Of a stretch of 64,000 nucleotides of DNA, positions 1-11,347 are shown in pieces. How positions within the stretch are numbered: the stretch's first letter is position 1; each line of letters starts with the position of its first letter. Source of the stretch: Octopus bimaculoides (taxonomy: Eukaryota); the NCBI RefSeq assembly GCF_001194135.2, contig NC_068981.1:158462619-158526618 (forward strand). The letters run 5' to 3'. The notes below the pieces were generated by a model. It saw only the letters and a program-made list of their open reading frames with translations, searched no databases and was not told the origin of the DNA. Made by a program: the position numbers and the translations under genes.

Positions 1-112
1 CATTTAATGAATACATTATATTTATTTTCTGATGTGTAATCTTGTATTTGAATCAGACCACCAGCTGAAATACTTATCCTTCAAATATGAATATGTATGT
101 ATGTACGTATGC

Positions 113-145
<33 letters not shown>

Positions 146-199
146 CGTATGCATATATGTATGTATGTATGTACGTATGCATATATGTATGTATGTATA

Positions 200-482
200 T
201 ATTCTTTTACTTGTTTCAGTCATTTGACTGTGGCCATGCTGGAGCACCGCCTTTTAGTCGAGCAAATCGACCCCAGGACTTATTCTTTGTAAGCCTAGTA
301 CTTATTCTATTGGTCTCTTTTGCCGAACCGCTAAGTTATGGAGACGTAAACACACCAGCATCAGTTGTCAANNNNNNNNNNNNNNNNNNNNNNNNNNNNN
401 NNNNNNNNNNNNNNNNNNNNNNNNNNNNNNNNNNNNNNNNNNNNNNNNNNNGGGGGGGGGGAATACAGACGCAGAAACATGT

Positions 483-559
<77 letters not shown>

Positions 560-645
560 CGACGGGCTTTTTTCAGTTTCCGTCTACCAAATCCTCTTGC
601 AAGGCTTTGGTCGGCCCGAGGCTATAGTAGAAGACACTTGCCCAT
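200..645 (-). mobile_element. tRNA-derived SINE family A copy (gap-interrupted)
   Basis: Matches copies at 1245-1604 and 44736-45135; internal (AC)n/(AT)n. Confidence 0.85.
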
Positions 646-672
646 GGCATGCAAACATATGATATATATATA

Positions 673-721
<49 letters not shown>

Positions 722-893
722 TAAAGTATATTTGCCAACGCAACGTGATAGTCCTACGTAGGATGATGTTACTACTTTTTAGCCCCAGGTAAACATCTTT
801 TCCAGCTGACTACCGATACATGATCTGTGTCCGTAAACTGTGAGCAAGGGACCCTACTGCTCCCTTTCTAGCCGTAGCGATACCTATATATAT

Positions 894-934
<41 letters not shown>

Positions 935-1244
935 CAGATAGATAGATAGATATGTGTGTGTATATGATATACAGGGCGCAAGAGGTATTTGAAGACATAT
1001 TTGGTAATACAATGAAACTACTCTAATCTGGCAAAAGCCAAATGTATTCGAATAAAAATTTGTGCACATGTTCTAGATAAACTTTCTTATTATTTCATTA
1101 ATCTTCCCCGCAGCTTCGATGACTGTTTCTACACGAAACGTCATAAATTCACCCCTCCCAACGGTACATAAACTTACTTCATATTATAAAGTTTTGGTGT
1201 GAATTGAATTATCATATTCCTATTGTATGGAGTTTTAACACTCG

Positions 1245-1604
1245 TTTACTCTTTTACTTGTTTCAGTCATTTGACTGCGGCCATGCTGGAGCACCGCCTT
1301 TAGTCAAGCAAATCGACCCCAGGACTTATTCTTTGTAAGCCTAGTACTTATTGTATCGGTCCGTTTTGCCGAACCGCTAAGTTACGGGGACGTAAACACA
1401 CCACTATCGGTTGTCAAGCGATGTTGGGGGGACAAACACAGACGCACAAACATATACACACACATACATATACAAATCTCACAAGGCTTTGGTCGACCCG
1501 AAGCTATAGTAGAAGACACTTGCCCAAGGTGCCACACAGTGGGAATGAACCCGGAACCACGTGGTTGGTAAGCAAGCTACTTACCACACAGCCTCACCTG
1601 CGCC
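1245..1604 (-). mobile_element. SINE family A, copy with intact 5' end
   Basis: Reverse strand GGCGCAGGTGAGGCTGTGTGGTAAG head, B-box-like GGTTCATTCCC, tail ending GAAACAAGTAAAAGAG. Confidence 0.85.
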
Positions 1605-2645
1605 TACACGAACAAAATATGTTTCTTAAACAGGGTAAATGCTTCTTATTTAACGATTTTAATATGGTACAAATGTAACTTCTCAGCGCCTTTCACGAAT
1701 TCCACTCCGTAGCTAGTATTCGGTCCTGACGTCAATTCTTTTTCCGTCCATATTTATCATGTAACCATTGATCATCGGTTGTTCAATGTGAGCGTTAACA
1801 GTATAGGTTTCACCAGTTTGGGATTGCTTGAAAAAGTTATGGGCACTGTCCTTCGTCCTCTAACTGACATGTAAAACTAAATTAACGCAGCGCCACCTTG
1901 TAGTTCTTACTGCTCAACTAACTTTGTGCCGTCTATTTCCCAAGGGAAAGGATTGACGTTACGCTATATCTCTTTATGATATTCTGCTCTAAAGATGGCA
2001 GGCTTTTTTCTTTTATAGAAAACCAAATTATTGTCAACGAATGAGCGTCATCGTGATCGCTCAACCTGCTAGAAAGGATAACTAAATCGCCCTCAAATCA
2101 TAGTTGATTTTTTAAAACTTAATTTTCACGTTGGATTATGGAATATTTAATACACTACGTCCGAAAGTAAAAAAAAAAGTTAGTTCTTTTGTTGAAAAAA
2201 GTCTGCCTAATCAGGCTGACTTGTTCATAAGTCTGTTTAATCAAGGGTAAACAACAAGAATAACAACAGCAGCAGCAGCAGCAACAAGAACAAGAACAAC
2301 AACAATCTATTATCTCCGTAATTGATCAATGATAACCTATCCAGTTCACTATTGTTCAATTCAATTCATTATTATTGTTTACAATAAGAACGGAAATGCT
2401 ATTGTTGTTCTTGATGATGATGATGATGATGATAATAATATATGATATTTAATCGCTGTCGGTGAGAGAAAGATTAGATATAGTAACGGTGGGGAATTCG
2501 ATTTATCTCATAAACCACCCAGGAAGAATATTCATTCATCGTAAAAGAATAGTGAACAATAATAGGAGGATTTAACGAATCAATATTTACATGCCAAAAG
2601 TGGGGAAGATAAGGTCATGTGAAATTGAAATTAATGCTTGGTGAA

Positions 2646-2649
<4 letters not shown>

Positions 2650-2705
<56 letters not shown>

Positions 2706-2706
2706 C

Positions 2707-2768
<62 letters not shown>

Positions 2769-2812
2769 TAATAACAATAATAATAATGATAATAATAATA
2801 ATAATAATAATA

Positions 2813-2880
<68 letters not shown>
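2650..2880. repeat. (AAT)n followed directly by (ATT)n
   Basis: Direct reading; centre at 2813/2814. Confidence 0.95.
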
Positions 2881-2881
<1 letters not shown>

Positions 2882-3100
2882 AAAATCCTTTCTGCTATAG
2901 GCATAAGGCCTGAAATCTAATGGGGAGGGGCCTAGTCGATTACATCGACTCCAGTGAAACACTGGTACTTGATTTATTGACTCCGAAAGAATGAAAGCCA
3001 AGGTCAACCTCGGCGGAATTTTAACTCAGAACGTAGCGACGGGTGAAATACCGCTAAGCATTTCGTTCAGCGTGCTAACAATTTCTCCGGCTCGCCGTCT
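2881..3100 (-). mobile_element. tRNA-derived SINE family B copy
   Basis: Reverse complement of family B consensus seen at 7146, 22985, 28749. Confidence 0.8.
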
Positions 3101-3148
3101 TAATAATAATAATTATTATTATTTCTTTTATTAAAATAATTATTTCTT

Positions 3149-3199
<51 letters not shown>

Positions 3200-3200
3200 G

Positions 3201-3810
3201 GTAAGTGAATGTGAGAGCCTTGCACAAAAAGAATATAAGCGCCACCACGATAAAATGTGTGTGTATCTTCATTGCCGTAAATAACAATATGAAGTAACAG
3301 AGAACTAGTATGAGCATGTACCAAGAAGAGTTATGCAGGAGGATGGAAAAGTAACGCTACTCTGGGACTATGATTTTCAGACGGATCGTGTAATCGAACA
3401 CCATCGGCCGGATATTGTCATATTGAGTAAGAGAGACAAATACTGTCAGATCATTGATGTAGCCATACCAAATGACATGAATGTTGTGAGGTTGAAAAAA
3501 TCGCCAAGTACTCCGAATTAAAAGTGGAATGCGAGAGAGTAATGTAAAAGTGATACCAGTGGTGATCGGAGCGTTGAGCTCAATCCCTTTTAAACTTCAA
3601 GACTTCTTAAGGCAACTGGAAATCCCATGCAAGATTGATGTCTTACAAAATGCAGCCTTACTGGGCACAGCGCACATCTTAAGGAAAGTATTATCAACAA
3701 CTATAACGTTTTTAAAGTGGGAAATACGAAGGTTGCAGTTAATGAGGAGAGTAGATGTGAAACCGATAGTAATTGGTGCACTTGGAAGTATCAGCACTCA
3801 GCACCATCGT
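3201..3810 (+). mobile_element. Decayed R4/Dong-clade non-LTR retrotransposon 3' end (restriction-like endonuclease region)
   Basis: Frame from 3201: VSECESLAQKEYKRHHD..YEHVP..LWDYDFQTD..RPDIVI..IIDVAIP, then VIPVVIGAL..LLGTAHILRKVL; stops and frameshifts; second PIVIGALG fragment at about 3715-3810. Confidence 0.8.
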
Positions 3811-4055
3811 CCATTTTCTCTTGATAAAGGGATTTTAACTCCGAAATACTGAAATATAAGGTAAAAGTGTAAGCTATTCTTTTGTTTGTTCTGTCCCTAT
3901 TTTCACGCCTTTGCTTCTAATGTGCATTTCACGCCTTTCTAAATCAATTTTAACAATTTTAATTCTGTCTCACAATATTATATAAAATCTACGCCACTCT
4001 AATAACCCTGTTTTCCCACCAGAATGTATACCAGGAAGAAAATGTGGGAACCACC

Positions 4056-4127
4056 ATGTCATACCATAAAACATTTCCTCGGCGTCCTACCAACTTAATC
4101 CACCTGCCGCCACTTAATCTCCCGAAG
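4056..4127 (+). CDS. DNAH3: Putative first coding exon ([24 protein letters not shown])
   Basis: ACCACCATG context, upstream pyrimidine tract with acceptor AG at 4021-4022, donor AAG|GTAAGA, phase 0 matches exon at 6645. Confidence 0.55.
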
Positions 4128-7100
4128 GTAAGACGTTTATTTAATTTTTTTCCAGCAACTACATAAATAACAGTAGCAACAAGAACAACAACTGCTTTTG
4201 CTGCAATATCTTCAACTACTATTGTTTCTGTCGATTGAACTGGAAGCACCAATTTATAATTGTTATAACTGATCTTTCACTTGTGCAAAAAAAAAACAAC
4301 ATATTCAAAGTGAACCTTATATAATCGATTAAGTCGATCTTCATCATTACCCCTTTTCAAAGTGAAATAATAAAAATAGTGCTTTTAGTGAAATTAATTT
4401 TATCGGCGATTTCTAATATAGGTACCAGGCTACACATTTTGAGTGGTGAACATTTTTTGATTTTACATTATTTTCATTGGCCGCAGAAAGATGGAAAATA
4501 AGTTGATTCTAGCGAAATCTGAACACAGAAAACAAAAAGGTGTAACTAAATACCACAAGGCATTTTCCCTACCCCTATATCGATACCACCAGCTCCACAG
4601 CAATAATTTAAAACATAGCACAAGGTCAAAAATTTGGTCAGAGGGTACCAGTAAATTACAATAATTGCAGTTGTTGACCGGAGGTTTCTTTTTTTCGATC
4701 CTGGAGGGATGGAAGGTAAAGTTGACCTTAGTAGGATTTGAACTTGTAACGTAAAGTCTCGGAACTATCACAAAGTATTTTATCTGACCATCTAACGTTT
4801 CTACAAAAATAATGATTTCTTTGATTTGCCTCAAAAGCGATTGGCAAAGAAGACATTGTCAAAAACAGAATACAGTAAAGCAGTGAGTGTTTACGCAAAA
4901 TCGATTATGAAAAATAAAAGGCATGAGAACATAAGCATGCAAAACGCAGGGAATGAGATATTTCGGTGGGACACAACCTCGGGATAATTAAAGGACTTCA
5001 CTAAGCAAGCTTTACCTATGATTACCAAGGGTAAGTGTTCTCTCTCAGCTGTGTCTTCCTGCCTACTGTCGCATGCTAAGATTAGATCCACTCACTTGAA
5101 CCATTCTCGACACTCACGCCAGCTTTTCATGAAACTCACTGGAGGGCAGTACCTTCCTTTCAATCCCACCTTGTGTCTGAAGAGGTAAATATCTGTTTTC
5201 ATTCTTTTCAGTTTTGTCCACCCAGCAATCTTTTCACCACGGTTTCCAAACAGAAGACTACCTAACCTTCCTGGTCAAAGGGAGAAGGAGGGGAGATCCT
5301 AATAATGAACTCATCTGAAAGCTTGAGCTATGCGGCTCTCGGTTGTTCAGCATAACTTCAAAAGTGTTTTTACATCGTGATTGATTTACCTACGCTTTGG
5401 CGAGTTTCGGAGAGGTTACATAACCGCAAAGAAAGACAAACAAGCCCTATGTTGTCTTAAGTACTTGACAAAGAAAAATAAAACGTATTAGTCATCAGCT
5501 AATATCATGTTTCTCACATCCTATTAAATATTCAATTTTATAAATTTTCCTCTATTGAATATGCTTTTATCCACCTAATTATTTGTACGTAACTTAGGAA
5601 TCGTGGGAACTATATAATTAATAATTTTGTTAAGAACAATGAGTCTTTTCTTCAGTTTCCATAAGCAATAAAATAAAATACTTTCATGTAGTTACTTGAT
5701 TGGATGTCTGGTAGTTAAGCTAACCGTATAATTTGTACGTCATATAAGTCAGGTAGCCATATGATTGGATGTCAGACAGTTTAACATGTTACATAATTGG
5801 ATGTCAAACAGCTGAATGACCTAGTTGATTGAACTTAGCGTTTGACGACATAAGTTGGGGTTTAGTAAACATATCAAGCTTTTATTAATTCAGATCTATA
5901 CGAACAGTCGATATTTCACCATCTTATATTGCAAATAATGCAGACTGGTAAACAGCAAGACTAGGTCATTTACGTCGTCTAGGTTATTGTTACACTGTTC
6001 CAGGATTAAAATCTTATAGTTGACATCTTGCTTCTCAAATGTCAGGCAGCAGTATCATTCCCCTTCCCTTTATTAAAGGAAAATTATCGTGAAATGACAG
6101 AATCAAGAACTTAATATCTTATACGAGCAAGTCATTAATGGATTATAGCTTTAATGATTTATAAATGTGACCGGTGAAATCTAGTAATTCTTCCGATCAC
6201 GACCAAAGAAAGATTTACATTTCAGACTGCAAACCAATTTTTCATCATTACTGCTGCTTATAACGGTGATTCTTTCCACCATGTGATATTTATTTACTGT
6301 TTGATGGCCTGATCCATTGTGAGTTATGTGTCTTGTCTAAAGAAACACGGTAGAAGAAACTCTCTCGACCACCTGAAGGGTTGTCTGATATCTAATTGGC
6401 TCAAACTATTTGCTATGCATATCAATAGTAACATCAGAGTGAAGAAGTGTCAATCGTTAACATTTCTTTCTTCTTAACAAAAAAAACGTTTAAGCCTAAC
6501 AACCCCAAGTACTTCAGTCTAACAATAAAATACCCTTAAGCATAAAAACAAAAATCCTTTAAGAGTATTAGAGCAAACACGCTTAAGCTTAATTTTAAAA
6601 TGGAACTCATTATATGACGATAATGCAATCTTATATTGTTTCAGAATGCTCTTAGTGAAAAACCGAAAATCTTAGAACGAGGTTCATTTACCCAAGCAGC
6701 TCCAGTCAAAGAACAAAAGGAACACCGCAGAGTGAGCGATGCTATTGCTAACAACTACAGTCCCAGAGCGAGTCACTTGACCACATCTTTAATCTATGAA
6801 ACGACAAAATACGGTAAGAACAAACAGTCAAATGTAATGCTTTGTAGTAGAAAATTTTCTAGAAAAAATATGCAAATATAAACCAGTAGATATCGGTTTA
6901 CATTTCAGTTTTGTATTAAACTATCAAATACATTTGATTATAAAAATGTCAAATAAATTTCAGGATGTATTAAAACGTAGAAAGAAATTGAAATTTACTT
7001 TTGGACAATCAAATTACGTATCTATCCAATTTGTCTGATAGGATAGAAACAATTTAACGATATGTGTATACAATATCACTAACATACAATCAGATGTATT

Positions 7101-10100
7101 ATATCATGACACAATATACAAAAAAGTGATACATCGGTATCACACGGTGAGCTGGCAGAAACGATAGCACGCCGAGTGAAATGCTTAGCGCTATTTTGTC
7201 TGTCTTTACGTTCTGAGTTCAAATTCCGCCGAGATCGACTTTGCCTTTCATCCTTCCGCGGTCGATAAATTAAGCACCAGTTGCGTACTGGGATCGATTT
7301 AATCGGCTGGCCCCCTCCCCCAAAATTTCGGGCCTTTTGGTAGAAAAGTTAAATGACCTAGTTGATTGAACTTAGCGTTTGACGACATAAGTTGGGGTTT
7401 GTAAACATATCAAGCTTTTATTAATTCAGATCTATACGAACAGTCGATATTTCACCATCTTATATTACGAATAATGCAGACTGGCAGACAGCAGTAACAT
7501 TCTTCTTCCCTTTGTTAGAGTACCACATACAGTAGCACCTCGGTTTTCGAACAACTATGATCACGAATAAATCGTGATTTATCTCCTGTCTTTCTCATAT
7601 TCATCCAATAGAGTAGTACCACGGTTTACGAACGCCTCTGTTCACGAATAAATCAAGATACATTTGCTCTAATGATCGGTTCTTTCTTTTTCTCGATATT
7701 TTTAGGTTTTACTCTTGAAGAAATGCATGTGTTTTGTCCGCGAGCCCAATTTGAGAAAACAGCCATTGTGACAACTGATCAAAAATATCCGTAAGAACTA
7801 TTCCTATCTGAAAGAACGGGATAATGGTCAAATCTTGTTTTCAATAACCATCATAATAAGTATTGATTTCATTTGACTAATCTCTATATTTTGGGAGAAA
7901 GGGGATGTTTCGTTTAATCTGAGGAGGTGAGGAAATGGTCATAAATATGTGGTAGGGAGATGCAGATCCAAGAGCAGAAAAGATTTAATGGGTGACACAT
8001 AGTAAATATACTGAGAAATAGTGAGGTCGATATACAAATCGACATTGATGGGTAACGTTCAGCTTACGGGATCAGAGGAGGAGAAACTATTTTAGCAGTG
8101 GTAGAAGATAAGGAAGAAGCACCAGCTTATCTGTGGACTGGTGAGTGTATTAGGTTTAATGATGCATTTCTATTAATTTGCTCGATGGACTCGCTTTGAA
8201 ATAAATATTGGTTGTGGTTAGAGGGCGTTTAACTGTAGCTGTTACATCTTCCAAGTCATGAGTAATGTTCTAATGTTGATTTTCCTGTACTTTATAGGGG
8301 CTAAGCAAGTTCAAGGTAAAGTATATTTTGGTTTTGAAGAAAAACTTTTGCCTTTGAGCTCAGTTTCGTGAAATATTATTTGAAGTGCAGTCGCCATAAA
8401 AGAGTATCATAAATTGTGAATCCAAATATATTTAGCAAAAATCAGCTGTAAGAATTACAACTGTATGATGCAAATGCCTTTGCCAAAAGTTAAGCGATAT
8501 ATACGAAGGTAAATATGTATTAAACCGATTCACAGGCTACAACGTTTTCTTTATGAAGCTTAAGATAGCTGAATGTATTGAGTTTAGTATAAACCTCCTT
8601 GTAAGCCAAAACTATTATGACCTTCAGTGAAGACATAAAACGTTACAGTATTTTTAATTTATATGATATCATTGTGTTCAATAATTTCAAAAATGTTGAA
8701 GTTGGTGAAAGTATTTTTAAAAGAAATGAACAATGATGATAGTTCATCATCCAAGAGAATGCCTTGGATAAATAATTGTCCGATCTTCAGTTAAACCAAA
8801 CTTTGAGAAAAATTTTTACTTGCTTTGTCCTAAACCTAAGAAATTAACCAAATAGTCAATACTATCTGTACAGTTACTTATCAGAAATGTAACGACAAAT
8901 CTTTGTCTTACAAAATGTTTAACTCCCGCTACATGATAATGTAAGTAGTATTAACGCAGAAGAGAAGGTCAGCGTAACTATGTTGAATGTAGGGAACAAA
9001 TTCGTGCAGAGCTTTGTTGCAGGTGTATTGTATTTTAATAAACAATTTTGTGAAATTTTCGAAAATATCGCTTCCAAGCCAACGGAATATCTTTACCAAT
9101 TGTTATTTAAAAAATGTTAAGATAAAAATAAATCTTACATTAGTTACCTAGAATCAACTCTTCTTGTTAGTATACATCGAAACCAAATATGATCCTCCAC
9201 AAATCCAACTTTCATCTATAGTTTAAATTCACTATCTGAAGATTCAATACACTAAAATTATCTTTTGAGTAATTTTGTTCTAAACTTGCTTTTTTCCGTC
9301 TCTCTTTTATATATTCATTTTTGAGCATACTCAATACAGACCTCCTTTGCCACACTGTGTCAACATGTATAAAATGTATCTTGCCATATTTGATTTTTAA
9401 CGATTTCTGCTAGAGGAAAATATTGGAATGTAAACCATTGCATTGTTTTTGGCTATATTTCTGTCATTTTTTCCAGGCTTTCAAATATAGTCAGAACACC
9501 TTCGGAATTGTCACACGAGGGAAAATATTTAACTAAATCTACTCATGTATCAGAATTCCACAGCATTCCATCAACTATCCAAAGTACGCCACCTGGCAAA
9601 GTGGGTAAGCATTCTGAGGTTTCTAACGTCATGGATGATATAAATACGGAAGTGGGCTGAAAAGTTCACAGGCTAGCTATGATGGAGTGATCCTAGAGCT
9701 TATAAATAACTGCATTGTTTCTTTCCAGGTAAAGTGATATCTGACTGTTCAAAGAAGACCTCAAAAGTAACTAGTAGCAACTTCTCTTCAAAATGAACAG
9801 AATTTGGAATCATAATGTTATGAAGTACCTGCAGAGAAAAGTTTTAGTCCCAAGGACATTCCGACTGACATCGTTACTACATTAGGGAACGACGCTCCAT
9901 CTTTATCAACAGTGCAAAAGTAGGCAACTGAATTTTGGAGGGGAATGGAGAGTTGTACTTCTATTCGTCTTCTTCACTCATTCTACCCTTAAATTCTCCT
10001 CGCATTATGATGTGAGCTGCTGGATGCCAATCTCTCCATCCTGAAGACGGGAGCCAGCTTTGCGTTAATGTTTATATGTATCTACTGTTAGATGCATATT

Positions 10101-11309
10101 CTTGTAAATTTCTCCTGTTATATATAAATATCTATATGCATATGCACTAATGTTCATTTTCTGAATATTGTAAGTTCTCTCTCTCTCTCTCTCTNNNNNN
10201 NNNNTATAATGAGTAAAATTAATTAGTGTAAGCAATAATATGAAAAACGATAGTCGATACACAGTAGGATGGAATGTCGGAGTCGTAATCAGTGTGTAAG
10301 GATTGGTTCTTCGTTGATATATATATATATATATACTACATATGTGGAAAATCAGTGTATGTTTGTTTGTGGCGTTGTTAGCTAACTCCTCCTACATCGT
10401 TTTATTAATTTTGAGGAAACTTGACACGTGAGTAGAACTCATGTCTGGAAACCTCGTGACATACTTAGATTGTTGAAAAAAAATCGATAGTAGGTATAAA
10501 GGTCCCTGGAAGGGACCTTTATATTTCCAGATTTCCAGACATGTGTTCTACTCACGTGAGTAGAACACATGTCTGGAAATCTCGTGACATACTTAGATTG
10601 TTGAAAAAATTGATAATAGGGCCCTTCCAATGGATCCTTCTATCTACTACATATTACTAATATTTTATTTAAACAACCCAAGGGAAATAACCTATACCAC
10701 CTGCAGATTTTAGTGAAGCGATCAATGTTTGATTCTCACGGTCAGCCGACCTAATTCTGCATTTCACTACTCACAATTTTGAACTGCAAAACATTATTAT
10801 TGCACTTCTTTAATTTGAATCTTAAACATTAAAGACTTCATTCATACATTTCTATACATACTTTTTTGAATGCCCATTACTCCGATAATTCTACATTTTT
10901 ACAGTTACACTTTTTCCATGACAGTTGATAAATTTTTTATTCTACAACGTGTTTGTAGTGGCCTCATGCTAGCATAGCTTGGATTCGATCCTCGATTGCC
11001 AAATTTCACTTAACACTTCAACAGCGTTTTTCTCACGGTAAAACAATAGTTTTTCTGTGAATGACAGCAATTATACATTTCCCAGATGCCTTCGCTAAGC
11101 AGAATAATGTCTTTGCCTCTCGCCAACCTCCGACAACCTCTCTCACCAACCTCCGACAATTTCTCCCTTCTCCAGCTGACAGTTTTTTGTACTTTTTCGT
11201 GACGGAAAATGCACCTTTTGTGGCAGTTATAACGAAATTGCTTTCTACCCCTGAGAATTACCAGGTACACCAGCTAGTGTATATATNNNNNNNNNNNNNN
11301 NNNNNNNNN

Positions 11310-11347
<38 letters not shown>

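Noticed and set aside
32-1069. ORFs rich in YVCM, HT, IY, LSIY and similar (also 2587-3324, 16432-16988, 27082-27496, 31696-31998, 39585-39806, 42476-42981)
   Set aside because: Translations of microsatellites, SINEs and N runs, not genes.
3989-4252. Minus-strand 87-aa ORF overlapping exon 1
   Set aside because: Antisense shadow plus an (AAC)-rich tract; no recognisable domain.
4840-5030. Candidate extra exon ending at the strong donor AAGG|GTAAGT (5031)
   Set aside because: All three frames have stops within about 45 nt upstream, there is no good acceptor, and the phase is not needed to join exons 1 and 2. A non-coding or alternative first exon cannot be excluded.
5695-5815. Three ATTGGATGTC repeats (reverse CCAAT boxes)
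   Set aside because: Intronic short degenerate repeat with no other promoter evidence.
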